A DNA stretch of 50,248 nt from an uncultured bacterium (GCA_903888625.1 CAISUD010000060.1:1-50248), one strand, 5' to 3'; positions 32,537 through 40,926 are shown, counted from the stretch's first letter. Notes: generated by a model from the sequence alone, not told the origin. Made by a program: numbers and translations.

Positions 32537-33730
32537 ATGGCAGAAGAATTTAAAAGAGATAAGCCCCATGTAAACGTTGGTACTATCGGTCACGTCGACC
32601 ACGGTAAAACAACCTTAACTGCGGCTATTTTGCATGTATTAAACTTGGCTGGTAAAACAGTTCGACTTCGAGGTGTTGATCAAATCGACAATGCTCCAGA
32701 AGAAAAAGCTCGTGGAATCACCATTAACATTTCCCACAACGAATATGCAACCGATGCTCGTCACTATGCACACATCGATGCCCCAGGACACGCTGACTAT
32801 ATTAAAAATATGATCACTGGTGCCGCTCAAATGGACGGTGCTATTTTGGTGGTGGCTGCGACAGATGGAGCTATGCCACAAACTCGTGAACACGTCCTTT
32901 TGGCTAAACAAGTTGGTGTGCCTCGAATCATTGTTTTCTTAAACAAGTGCGATATGGTAGATGATAAAGATATGATTGATATGGTTGAAGAAGAAATTCG
33001 TGAACTTCTAACCAAGCAAGGTTTTGATGGAGCTGGTGCTCCTGTTATTCGTGGTTCAGCTCTAAAAGCTCTTGAAGCTAAAGATTTGGATGATGAATGG
33101 GCAAAGAAAATTCTTGAATTAACTAATGCTCTTGATACTTATATCCCAGTTCCAGAACGAGATACTTCCAAACCTTTCCTTATGCCAGTAGAAGATATTT
33201 TCTCTATTGAAGGACGAGGTACAGTTGTAACTGGAAAAATCGAGAGAGGAGTAATCAAAGTTGGAGAAGAAGTTGAAATTGTTGGAATCAAACCAACTCA
33301 AAAATCAACTGTTACTGGAATTGAAATGTTCAATAAAAATTTACAAGAGGGTATGGCTGGAGACAATGCTGGAGTCTTACTACGAGGACTTAAGAAAGAA
33401 GATATTACTCGTGGACAAGTTCTATGTAAACCAGGTACTACTACTCCACACGACAACTTCACTTGTGAAGTTTACATTTTGAAGAAAGAAGAAGGTGGAC
33501 GTCATACTCCATTCTTTAAGGGTTACAAACCACAATTCTACATTCGTACCACAGACGTAACTGGAGAAGTTACTTTGGCTGAAGGAGTAGAAATGGTAAT
33601 GCCAGGGGATACAGCCAAATTTACTGTAAAGTTAGTTACGCCAGTTGCCTTGGAAGATCAACAAAGATTTGCTATTCGTGAAGGAGGCAAGACAGTTGGT
33701 GCTGGAGTTGTTACAAAAATCATTGCATAG
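32537..33730 (+). CDS. tuf: elongation factor Tu
   Basis: [31 protein letters not shown]. Confidence 0.97.
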   Translation: MAEEFKRDKPHVNVGTIGHVDHGKTTLTAAILHVLNLAGKTVRLRGVDQIDNAPEEKARGITINISHNEYATDARHYAHIDAPGHADYIKNMITGAAQMDGAILVVAATDGAMPQTREHVLLAKQVGVPRIIVFLNKCDMVDDKDMIDMVEEEIRELLTKQGFDGAGAPVIRGSALKALEAKDLDDEWAKKILELTNALDTYIPVPERDTSKPFLMPVEDIFSIEGRGTVVTGKIERGVIKVGEEVEIVGIKPTQKSTVTGIEMFNKNLQEGMAGDNAGVLLRGLKKEDITRGQVLCKPGTTTPHDNFTCEVYILKKEEGGRHTPFFKGYKPQFYIRTTDVTGEVTLAEGVEMVMPGDTAKFTVKLVTPVALEDQQRFAIREGGKTVGAGVVTKIIA

Positions 33731-33810
33731 TAAATTAGGCGCTAGGCACTAGGTATTAGCTGAATTAAAAAAGCTAGAGCCTAGAGCCTAAAGCCTAGAA
33801 TCCTAAATTC
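33731..33810 (+). repeat. CTAG-rich spacer (family C)
   Basis: taggcgctaggcactaggt ... agctagagcctagagcctaaagcctagaatccta. Shares taggcactagg with 41306-41316 and gcctaaagcctag with the 39280s. Confidence 0.8.
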
Positions 33811-34236
33811 ATGCCTGAAACAAAAACAAAAATTAAAAAGACAAAGGTGGTAAAAAAAATTGATACAGATGAAGAGTCAATTTCTTCTAATAAGATTAAA
33901 ATTCCTAAAAAAGAAAAAAAAGAAGATAACAAAGTAGTGCTTCGAATTCGGGTTCGAGCCTATGAAAGTAAAATTCTTGATGCTTCTGTTAAACAAATTA
34001 TCGACACTGCGATGCGTTACGATGCCAAGATAATTGGTCCGGTACCATTGCCTACTGAAATCAAAAAATACACAGTTAATCGTGCTTCTTTTATTTACAA
34101 AAATACTCGAGAACAATTTGAAATTAGAGTGCATAAAAGATTAATTGATATTATTAACCCTGAAGCCAAGACAATGGAAGCGCTTACCAATTTATCATTA
34201 CCTTCGGGAGTTGATATAGATGTAAAAATGTTATAA
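33811..34236 (+). CDS. rpsJ: 30S ribosomal protein S10 with a ~40-aa Lys-rich N-terminal extension
   Basis: Core LRIRVRAYESKILDASVKQIIDTA ... GPVPLPT ... FEIRVHKRLIDI. Confidence 0.9.
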   Translation: MPETKTKIKKTKVVKKIDTDEESISSNKIKIPKKEKKEDNKVVLRIRVRAYESKILDASVKQIIDTAMRYDAKIIGPVPLPTEIKKYTVNRASFIYKNTREQFEIRVHKRLIDIINPEAKTMEALTNLSLPSGVDIDVKML

Positions 34237-34263
34237 CTACGAGCTTAACGCCACAAAAATTAT

Positions 34264-34878
34264 ATGAAATTTATTTTAGGAACAAAACAGAATATGACGC
34301 AATATTTTGCGGAAGACGGTACAGTTTTTCCTGTTACGATCATAGAGGCAGGACCTGTGACAGTCACCAGAATTTTTGAAAAAGAAAAAGATGGCTATAA
34401 TTCAGTGCAAGTCGGTTATGGTACACAAAAAAAAGAAAGAATCAATAAATCTGAAATCGGTCAAATGAAAGGTGGCTTGTATAAAACTATTAAAGAATTC
34501 CGCTTAAAGCCTACTGATAAAACTGAAGCCAAAGAAGGTGATATTTTGGATGTTTCTGTCTTTACTGCTGGAGACAAACTTCAAATTTCTGGAGTTTCCA
34601 AAGGTAAAGGTTTTCAAGGAGTTGTCAAAAGACATGGCTTCCACGGAGGACCACGTTCTCACGGACAAAAACATTCTGAACGTGAGCCAGGAAGTATCGG
34701 AGGAGGTCTCCGAACTCACGTGCCAAAAGGTATGCGAATGGCCGGACGAATGGGTTCCGATAGAATTACATATAAAAATTTAAAAGTAATTATGGTAGAT
34801 AAAGAAAATAATTTGATGTTGATTAAAGGGGCAGTACCAGGAAGAAGGGGAACATTAATTGAAATAGTCAGTAGATAA
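34264..34878 (+). CDS. rplC: 50S ribosomal protein L3
   Basis: ILGTKQNMTQYF..DG..FPVTIIEAGP ... GKGFQGVVKRHGF. Confidence 0.95.
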   Translation: MKFILGTKQNMTQYFAEDGTVFPVTIIEAGPVTVTRIFEKEKDGYNSVQVGYGTQKKERINKSEIGQMKGGLYKTIKEFRLKPTDKTEAKEGDILDVSVFTAGDKLQISGVSKGKGFQGVVKRHGFHGGPRSHGQKHSEREPGSIGGGLRTHVPKGMRMAGRMGSDRITYKNLKVIMVDKENNLMLIKGAVPGRRGTLIEIVSR

Positions 34879-34901
34879 TACGAAAATTATGCGAAAGCTA
34901 C

Positions 34902-34917
34902 AAAAAATAACGAAAAT
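34902..34917 (+). repeat. spacer motif family A' (ACGAA-type 16-mer)
   Basis: aaaaaataacgaaaat is identical to 38821-38836. Both spacers also start with atacgaaaa. Confidence 0.8.
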
Positions 34918-34925
34918 ATAAAAAT

Positions 34926-35597
34926 ATGGAAGCAAAAATACAAAAAAAAATATATGATCAAAAAGGAGCTGAAGCCGGGAGTATCGACTTGCCAGCAAAA
35001 GTTTTCGGAGCTAAATGGCGCGCTGATTTAGTGCATCAAGTAGTAGAAGGAATGCGTTCCAATAAGCGAGCTGGTACAGCTGATACCAAGGGTCGCGGAG
35101 AAGTTCGCGGAGGAGGTAAGAAACCTTGGAAACAAAAGGGAACTGGACGAGCTCGTCATGGATCCTCACGTTCACCTATTTGGGTTGGAGGAGGTGTCAC
35201 TCATGGACCACTTGCAGAAAAGAATTATAAAAGGAAAATTTCTAAAAAAATGCGAGCACAAGCGCTATTTTCTGTTTTGTCTAAAAAATTAAAAGATGAA
35301 GAGATTATTTTTGTTGATACTTTAGTAATTGCTAAAATAAATACCAAAGCAGGCGCTGAAGTAATGCAGAATTTAGCTAAAGCGACAGGTGCCAAGCCAC
35401 TAGCTAATTCAAAAAAGCCAAGAGTACTAGTTGCCTTGTTTGACCGAAATGAAAAGATAGAAAAAAGTTTCCGTAATTTACCCCAGCTTGAAATAGTTTT
35501 CTTAAAAAATTTAAATCCGCTTGATGTCTTAAATTATCAGTATCTTTTAATTGAAAATCCAACTGAAAGTATTAAATTTTTAGAGTCACGAGGATAA
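34926..35597 (+). CDS. rplD: 50S ribosomal protein L4
   Basis: TKGRGEVRGGGKKPWKQKGTGRARHGSSRSPIWVGGGVTHGP. Confidence 0.95.
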   Translation: MEAKIQKKIYDQKGAEAGSIDLPAKVFGAKWRADLVHQVVEGMRSNKRAGTADTKGRGEVRGGGKKPWKQKGTGRARHGSSRSPIWVGGGVTHGPLAEKNYKRKISKKMRAQALFSVLSKKLKDEEIIFVDTLVIAKINTKAGAEVMQNLAKATGAKPLANSKKPRVLVALFDRNEKIEKSFRNLPQLEIVFLKNLNPLDVLNYQYLLIENPTESIKFLESRG

Positions 35598-35604
35598 AAA
35601 TAAA

Positions 35605-35880
35605 ATGATAATAAATAAAATAATTAAAAAACCAAGAATTACCGAAAAAGCATCTTTTGCTGCTGAGCAAAATGTCTATACTTTTTTAGTTGAAGATTCC
35701 GCTAACAAAAGCGAAATCAAAAAAGCCGTTTTCGAACTTTATAAAGTTAAACCAGTTAAAGTAAATATTATTTTGATTGCGGACAAAAGAGTTTCTTATC
35801 GAGGGAAAAGAGGGTTGAAGGGCCGAGGGAAAAAGGCATTAGTTTATTTAAAAGAGGGAGATAAAATAGAATTTATTTAA
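35605..35880 (+). CDS. rplW: 50S ribosomal protein L23
   Basis: IIKKPRITEKAS ... FLVEDSANKSEIKKAVFELYKVKPVKVN. Confidence 0.9.
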   Translation: MIINKIIKKPRITEKASFAAEQNVYTFLVEDSANKSEIKKAVFELYKVKPVKVNIILIADKRVSYRGKRGLKGRGKKALVYLKEGDKIEFI

Positions 35881-35881
35881 T

Positions 35882-36730
35882 ATGAAAACGCATAAACCTA
35901 CAACTAAATCAAGACGCCAAATGACTCACGTGACCTATCGCGGAGTTATTACGAAGACTGAGCCAGAAAAATCTTTAACCCACGGTTTTCGCCGTTCTGT
36001 TGGACGCAATAGTCAAGGACGAATAACCACTCGCCATAAAGGTGCTGGACATAAGCGTTTATATCGAGAAGTTGATTTTTTATATAATAAAAAAGAAATT
36101 CCAGCAAAAATTAAAAGTGTTGAATACGATCCAAATCGTTCAGCTTTTATTGGTCTTGCCGTTTATAAAGATGGAGAAAAAAGATATGTAGTTTTACCGA
36201 AAGCAGTTAAAGTCGGTGAAACTTTCATTGTATCTGAAAAGGCAGAACTTTCAGTTGGCAATAGATTGCCTTTGAAAAATATTCCAGTTGGTACTTTTGT
36301 TTACAATATTGAATTGAAACCTCGAGGCGGTTCCAAAATTGGCCGTTCGGCAGGAATCTTTGCTCAAGTTGTGGCTAATGCCGATGGTTATACCAACATA
36401 AAAATGCCATCTTCTGAAGTTCGAAAAATAAATGAAAATTGTTGGGCTTGTATCGGAGTTGTTTCTAATGAAGAACATCATTTAGAAAATTATGGTAAGG
36501 CCGGACGCTCTCGTTGGAAAGGAATTCGTCCGACTGTCCGAGGTACTGCCATGAACCCAGTAGACCATCCATACGGAGGAGGTGAAGGCAGACAAGGCCG
36601 TGGAACCAAGCGTCCAAAGACGATGTGGGGTAAAGTCACCGGTGGACGAAAAACAAGACACCCAAAGAAATACTCCAATGTCTTTATGGTTTCTCGCCGA
36701 AAAACCGGCAAATCCCGAAAGTCTCAATAG
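35882..36730 (+). CDS. rplB: 50S ribosomal protein L2
   Basis: GRNSQGRITTRHKGAGHKRLYR ... GTAMNPVDHPYGGGEGR. Confidence 0.97.
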   Translation: MKTHKPTTKSRRQMTHVTYRGVITKTEPEKSLTHGFRRSVGRNSQGRITTRHKGAGHKRLYREVDFLYNKKEIPAKIKSVEYDPNRSAFIGLAVYKDGEKRYVVLPKAVKVGETFIVSEKAELSVGNRLPLKNIPVGTFVYNIELKPRGGSKIGRSAGIFAQVVANADGYTNIKMPSSEVRKINENCWACIGVVSNEEHHLENYGKAGRSRWKGIRPTVRGTAMNPVDHPYGGGEGRQGRGTKRPKTMWGKVTGGRKTRHPKKYSNVFMVSRRKTGKSRKSQ

Positions 36731-36733
36731 ATA

Positions 36734-36781
36734 CATAGTTTTAACAAAAAATGCATAGTTTGTTGCAGATTTGCATAGTTT
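36734..36781 (+). repeat. three direct repeats CATAGTTT at exact 20-bp phasing
   Basis: Copies at 36734, 36754 and 36774. The third overlaps the -35 TTGCAT of the downstream promoter. Confidence 0.7.
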
Positions 36782-36799
36782 TGTGGTAAATGCTATTAT
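36771..36799 (+). promoter_or_regulatory. promoter TTGCAT-17-TATTAT (TGc extended -10), leaderless
   Basis: The -10 ends 6 nt before ATG 36806. Confidence 0.5.
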
Positions 36800-36805
36800 T
36801 ACCAT

Positions 36806-37534
36806 ATGGATGAAAAAGATTTAATTTCCATAAGAGAAACAGCTGAAATATTAAATGTTTCAATTGATACATTAAGACGTTGGGACGAGAGCGGACGTTT
36901 TTTGTCTGTTCGCAATAGCCCAACAGGTCATCGTTATTATTCAAAAAAAGCTGTTTTGATTTATTTAAACGATTTATTAAAAATAGCTACTGATTGGATT
37001 TCAAGTGGGGTAGAAATGCCAGCTAATTTTTATTGTGCTAATAGTGGAGTGTTGCAGTCTCGTTTAGCTAAAATGCAAGATGAGTTTGGAAAAATAAATA
37101 ATGAAGAAATAAAAAAAATATATCCGTTGGTCGTGGCTGTAGCAGGAGAAATTGGCAACAATTCTTTTGATCATAATCTAGGGAATTGGCCTGATGTGCC
37201 TGGAATTTTCTTTGGTTATGATTTAAATAAAAGACAAGTTGTATTAGCTGATCGTGGTCAAGGAATTTTACAAACATTAAAAAGAGTTCGTCCAGAATTA
37301 ATAGATGATAAGGAAGCTTTAAGAATTGCTTTTACAGAAATTTTGTCTGGTCGAGCACCAGAAGAAAGAGGGAATGGACTAAAGTTTGTAAGACAAGTTG
37401 TCACTCAAAGCTTATTAGGTTTGTCTTTTCAGACTGGTAATGCAGAACTGGAATTAAAGAAAGACAGTTCTGATTTAAATATAAAAAATGCTGGAAATTA
37501 TTATAGAGGTTGTATCGCTTTTATTACTTTTTAG
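36806..37534 (+). CDS. MerR-type HTH fused to a GHKL (SpoIIAB/RsbW-like) ATPase domain
   Basis: HTH IRETAEILNVSIDTLRRWDESGRF..R..TGHRYY. N-box GEIGNNSFDH, G1 DRGQGI, G2 GNGLKFV. Confidence 0.7.
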   Translation: MDEKDLISIRETAEILNVSIDTLRRWDESGRFLSVRNSPTGHRYYSKKAVLIYLNDLLKIATDWISSGVEMPANFYCANSGVLQSRLAKMQDEFGKINNEEIKKIYPLVVAVAGEIGNNSFDHNLGNWPDVPGIFFGYDLNKRQVVLADRGQGILQTLKRVRPELIDDKEALRIAFTEILSGRAPEERGNGLKFVRQVVTQSLLGLSFQTGNAELELKKDSSDLNIKNAGNYYRGCIAFITF

Positions 37535-37548
37535 TATAATATAAATAT

Positions 37549-37839
37549 ATGAATATATTTTTAGAAAAATTTGGAACGACATTAATTTCTCGACAATCTG
37601 GCAGAGAGGCTTTTTCTGCCTTCAAACCACTTTTAAATAATCTTGGTGCGACAGAAGATATAACAATTGATTTTAAAGGAGTTATTACTTTTTCGCCATC
37701 TTGGGGGGATGAATTTTTAAGGCCATTAATAGAAGGATATAAAAATAAAGTTGTCCTAAAAAATACAGAAAATCTTTCAGTTAAGGCTACATTGGAAATT
37801 TTAGAAAAAATTGGAGATATGAAGTTTAATACTTTATAA
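37549..37839 (+). CDS. STAS-like DUF4325-domain protein
   Basis: LISRQSGREAF...ITIDFKGVITFSPSWGDEFL follows the DUF4325 pattern (SR..G ... v.lDF.GV...s.SF.DEf). Confidence 0.65.
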   Translation: MNIFLEKFGTTLISRQSGREAFSAFKPLLNNLGATEDITIDFKGVITFSPSWGDEFLRPLIEGYKNKVVLKNTENLSVKATLEILEKIGDMKFNTL

Positions 37840-37846
37840 TACATCT

Positions 37847-38239
37847 ATGCAAAAAATTAATGAGAAAAAAAGGTTTTCGTTGGTGGCTCGGGTGAAAAGT
37901 ACTAACAATGCTTTTCGGGGTTTTGTTATTTTTTTAAAAAGTACGCATAATTTTTGGGTGCATATTTTCTTTGCCGTCTTGGCAATTTATTTAGGTTTTC
38001 TTTTTCAGATTTCTAGTACTGAATGGATGTTTTTAGTTTTAGTTATTGGTTTAGTTTTTATCACCGAATCATTTAATACCGCTATGGAGATTGATATTGA
38101 TTTAACTTCTCCAGATTTTCATCCGTATGCCAGGGATACAAAGGATGTCGCTGCCGGTACAGTTTTAATAGCTGTCCTCCTCGCGGGGATTGTCGGAATT
38201 ATTATCTTTTTGCCCAAGATTTTAGCTTTGTATTTTTAA
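37847..38239 (+). CDS. dgkA: diacylglycerol/undecaprenol kinase (DgkA family)
   Basis: ESFNTAMEIDIDL ... ARDTKDVAAGTVLIAVL aligns with the E. coli DgkA motifs EILNSAIEAVVD and AKDMGSAAVLIA. Three TM helices. Confidence 0.8.
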   Translation: MQKINEKKRFSLVARVKSTNNAFRGFVIFLKSTHNFWVHIFFAVLAIYLGFLFQISSTEWMFLVLVIGLVFITESFNTAMEIDIDLTSPDFHPYARDTKDVAAGTVLIAVLLAGIVGIIIFLPKILALYF

Positions 38240-38260
38240 AAATTCTCCTCTTCTAGAGTA

Positions 38261-38343
38261 CCCGATTTTAATAAATCGGGGGAGGTGGATGCATTTAATA
38301 TCCACCCCGTCTTTTGAGTACAAAAGCCACCCCTCAAGAGGGG
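38261..38343 (+). terminator. cluster of four GC-clamped hairpins after dgkA
   Basis: cccgattt-taat-aaatcggg, ggtggat-9nt-atccacc (followed by cgtctttt), cttttg-agta-caaaag, cccc-tcaaga-gggg. Confidence 0.45.
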
Positions 38344-38353
38344 AATATAAAAT

Positions 38354-38381
38354 TTGACATTTTATGCCTATTTGCTAATAT
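38354..38381 (+). promoter_or_regulatory. restart promoter TTGACA-16-TAATAT (TGc extended -10) for rpsS and downstream genes
   Basis: aaatttgacattttatgcctatttgctaatat. Followed by an ~80-nt leader with the GC-rich stem gtcgcgc/gcgcgac (38418-38444). Confidence 0.6.
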
Positions 38382-38464
38382 AAGAACAAGCTCGTTTGGA
38401 GCTTTTTGTTTACTAGCGTCGCGCCTATAGGACGGTCGCGCGACATGATTTCGCTAAATCAATT

Positions 38465-38812
38465 ATGACACGATCAATCAAAAAAGGAATAAATGTAGAC
38501 GAAAAACTGCTAAAAAAGATAGCAGGTAAAAATCCGCTTCAAACTCCAATGATCAAGACTTGGAAGCGTGCTTGTCAGATAGCACCGGAGATGGTTGGTT
38601 TCGTTTTTGGTGTTCACAATGGCAAAACTCACGTAGAAGTTTTGGTCACTGAAGATATGGTAGGTCACCGCTTGGGAGAATTTTCACAAACCAAGAAATT
38701 TATTAAACATGGAGGTAAAATGCAGAAAGAGTTAGAACAAAAGAAAAAAGAAGCTGAAATAACTCAAGCCAAGTCTGCGACGGCTGCCGCTGCTGATGCC
38801 AAGAAAAAATAA
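38465..38812 (+). CDS. rpsS: 30S ribosomal protein S19 with a Lys/Ala-rich C-terminal extension
   Basis: TRSIKKGINVDEKLLKK ... GVHNGKTHVEVLVTEDMVGHRLGEF. Confidence 0.95.
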   Translation: MTRSIKKGINVDEKLLKKIAGKNPLQTPMIKTWKRACQIAPEMVGFVFGVHNGKTHVEVLVTEDMVGHRLGEFSQTKKFIKHGGKMQKELEQKKKEAEITQAKSATAAAADAKKK

Positions 38813-38820
38813 ATCATACG

Positions 38821-38836
38821 AAAAATAACGAAAATT
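38821..38836 (+). repeat. spacer motif family A' (second copy)
   Basis: aaaaaataacgaaaat is identical to 34902-34917. Confidence 0.8.
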
Positions 38837-38847
38837 AAAAAAATAAC

Positions 38848-39297
38848 ATGAAAGCATTTTTAAAAAATTACAGACAGTCACCAAGAAAAGTTCGCTTAGT
38901 AGCGAGCCTAGTTTCTGGTAAAGACGTTACTTCGGCTATTACTGAATTAGATTTTTTAGCTAAAAGAGCCGGTGAACCAATCAAGAAACTTTTACTTTCA
39001 GCCGTCGCTAATGCCAAACAATTAGGACTTGAACAAGAAAGTTTATTTATCAAAGAAATGCGAGTTGATAAAGGCATAATCATGAAAAGAATGATGCCAG
39101 CTGCCATGGGTACAGGTCACCGCATCAACAAACGTACTAGTCATGTCACCTTAGTTTTAGCTGAAAAAGCTGTTAAAAAATCCGCCTCCGCTAAAAGCTC
39201 CGGCGAGACGAAGGAAAAAGTTGTTAAAGAAATTAAAAAAGTTGTCGAGAAATTAGATAAAAAGTCGAAACCTAAAAAGCTAAAGCCTAGTGCCTAA
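38848..39297 (+). CDS. rplV: 50S ribosomal protein L22 with a Lys-rich C-terminal extension
   Basis: YRQSPRKVRLVASLVSGKDV ... MKRMMPAAMGTGHRINKRTSHVT. Confidence 0.95.
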   Translation: MKAFLKNYRQSPRKVRLVASLVSGKDVTSAITELDFLAKRAGEPIKKLLLSAVANAKQLGLEQESLFIKEMRVDKGIIMKRMMPAAMGTGHRINKRTSHVTLVLAEKAVKKSASAKSSGETKEKVVKEIKKVVEKLDKKSKPKKLKPSA

Positions 39298-39317
39298 AGC
39301 CTAGTAGCCTATTCATT

Positions 39318-39995
39318 ATGTCAAAAATAGTTCACCCATATGCACATAGATTGATAATCCTCCGAGACTGGAAGTCCCGCTGGTTTGCTGACCACAAAAA
39401 ATATTGTGAGTACTTAAAAGGTGATGTTTTAATTCGTGAATATTTAGAAAAGAAATTGCGTGGAAACTATATTTCTTCAATTGAAATTGAACGTAGTCAA
39501 AAAGCTACTCGTTTTATCATTCGTACTTCTCGACCAGGACTTATCATTGGCCGAAATGGGGAAGGGGCAGTGAAGCTCAAAGAAGAAATTTTGAAAAAGA
39601 TGGAAAAGTTAAAATTGACTAAATCAGAAGATTTTAAATTGGAAATTGTAGAAATTCCAAACCCAGAAGCTGATGCAGCAATTGTCGCTTATATGATTGC
39701 CGAAGGTTTAGAGAAAAGAATGCCATATCGTCGAGTCATCAAACAAACTATTGAAAAGGTTATGGGAACTCGTGGTGTAGAAGGAGCTCGCGTAGTCCTT
39801 TCTGGAAGATTAGGTGGTGCTGAAATTGCTCGTACCGAGGAACTCAAAAAAGGTTCTATCCCACTTCAAACTTTCCGAGCAGACATCGATTTTAAAAGAG
39901 AGCGTGCCCATTTACCATATGGTGATGTCGGTATAAAAGTTTGGATTTATCGCGGAAAGATTTTTTCCAAGAAGTCGGAAGATAATAAAAATTAG
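39318..39995 (+). CDS. rpsC: 30S ribosomal protein S3
   Basis: KIVHPYAHRL...W.SRWFA ... GLIIGRNGEG (KH domain) ... SGRLGGAEIAR. Confidence 0.95.
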   Translation: MSKIVHPYAHRLIILRDWKSRWFADHKKYCEYLKGDVLIREYLEKKLRGNYISSIEIERSQKATRFIIRTSRPGLIIGRNGEGAVKLKEEILKKMEKLKLTKSEDFKLEIVEIPNPEADAAIVAYMIAEGLEKRMPYRRVIKQTIEKVMGTRGVEGARVVLSGRLGGAEIARTEELKKGSIPLQTFRADIDFKRERAHLPYGDVGIKVWIYRGKIFSKKSEDNKN

Positions 39996-40001
39996 AAATA
40001 T

Positions 40002-40430
40002 ATGTTATTACCCAAAAAAGTAAAATTTAGAAAATGGCAATCCAACCGAATCAATCTGAAAGCTCGGACGCCAGAAACTCGTGGTACCAAACTAGCCTTT
40101 GGATCTTATGGATTGAAAGCTGAGACTCAAGCCCGAGTGAAATCAAATCAAATTGAATCTGCTCGAAAAGCAATGTCTCGATCTTTAACTAAAGCTGGTA
40201 AATATTGGATTCGAATTTTTCCAGATAGACCTTACACTGCGAAAGCAGCCGAGGTAGGTATGGGAAAGGGTAAAGGAGATCCACAAGGATACTGTTTTGA
40301 AGTTTTTCCAGGCAGAATAATTTTTGAAGTTGATGGAGTTGAAGAAAGTATTGCTCGTGAAGCTCTCCGCAAAGCTGGGACAAAACTTCCAGTAAAATGT
40401 CGAGTCGTTTCTAGAGCTCATAAACAGTAG
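40002..40430 (+). CDS. rplP: 50S ribosomal protein L16
   Basis: MLLPKKVKFRKWQ ... IRIFPDRPYTAK..EVGMGKGKG. Confidence 0.95.
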   Translation: MLLPKKVKFRKWQSNRINLKARTPETRGTKLAFGSYGLKAETQARVKSNQIESARKAMSRSLTKAGKYWIRIFPDRPYTAKAAEVGMGKGKGDPQGYCFEVFPGRIIFEVDGVEESIAREALRKAGTKLPVKCRVVSRAHKQ

Positions 40431-40454
40431 TTCGATAAACTTACTATAAATAAT
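40428..40454 (+). repeat. spacer motif family B (starts at the TAG stop of rplP)
   Basis: tagttcgataaacttactataaataat versus tagttcgacaagctcactataaataat at 43108-43134 (3 transitions). Confidence 0.85.
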
Positions 40455-40463
40455 AATAAAAAT

Positions 40464-40664
40464 ATGGCAAAAACAAAAAAAGAAATGAGTGAAAACTTAA
40501 AAGGAATGAAAAAAGAAGAGCTAAAAGCCAAGCTTTTAGTCTTGCAAGAAGAAATTCGAGTAATTCGTTTTAAGGCTGGAGGTTCTAAATCAAAAAACGT
40601 CAAAGAAACTGCTAGTTTAAAGAAACAAGTTGCCAGAATTTTAACAGAAATTAATAATAAATAA
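40464..40664 (+). CDS. rpmC: 50S ribosomal protein L29
   Basis: 66 aa. [24 protein letters not shown]. Correct operon position. Confidence 0.9.
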   Translation: MAKTKKEMSENLKGMKKEELKAKLLVLQEEIRVIRFKAGGSKSKNVKETASLKKQVARILTEINNK

Positions 40665-40665
40665 T

Positions 40666-40926
40666 ATGACTAAAGAAGAAACAAAAAAAGAAATAGCTAA
40701 AAAGAGTAATGTCCTAAAGGGGGTAGTAGTTTCTGATAAAATGGACAAGACCATTGTTGTTGCTGTTTCTCGTTTTATTAAACATCCAAAGTATGGAAAG
40801 TTTTATAGCCAAACCAAAAAATACAAAGCCCATGACGCAGAAAATAAATACAAAACAGGGGATAAAGTAGAAATAATTGAAACCAGGCCGATTTCAAAAG
40901 ATAAAAAATTTAAAGTTTTAAAATAA
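40666..40926 (+). CDS. rpsQ: 30S ribosomal protein S17
   Basis: [18 protein letters not shown] ... [28 protein letters not shown]. Confidence 0.95.
   Translation: MTKEETKKEIAKKSNVLKGVVVSDKMDKTIVVAVSRFIKHPKYGKFYSQTKKYKAHDAENKYKTGDKVEIIETRPISKDKKFKVLK

Noticed and set aside
33731-33810. The CTAG-rich direct repeats considered as a CRISPR or minisatellite array.
   Set aside because: The units are only about 8 nt, imperfect and without unique spacers. There are no cas genes and the whole tract is about 80 nt.
36482-36944. Minus-strand ORFs 36482..36805, 36490..36711 and 36741..36944.
   Set aside because: They are antisense to the highly conserved L2 C-terminus and to the MerR HTH region, both of which have clear motifs on the plus strand.
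37524-37844. 106-aa minus-strand ORF overlapping the DUF4325 gene.
   Set aside because: The plus-strand product carries the SR..G...IDF.GV...S.GDEF pattern and fits the operon direction. The antisense product has no features.
38290-38358. 22-codon ORF (MHLISTPSFEYKSHPSRGEYKI) in the hairpin cluster.
   Set aside because: It is too short, lies entirely within stem-loops, and has no start context different from the background.
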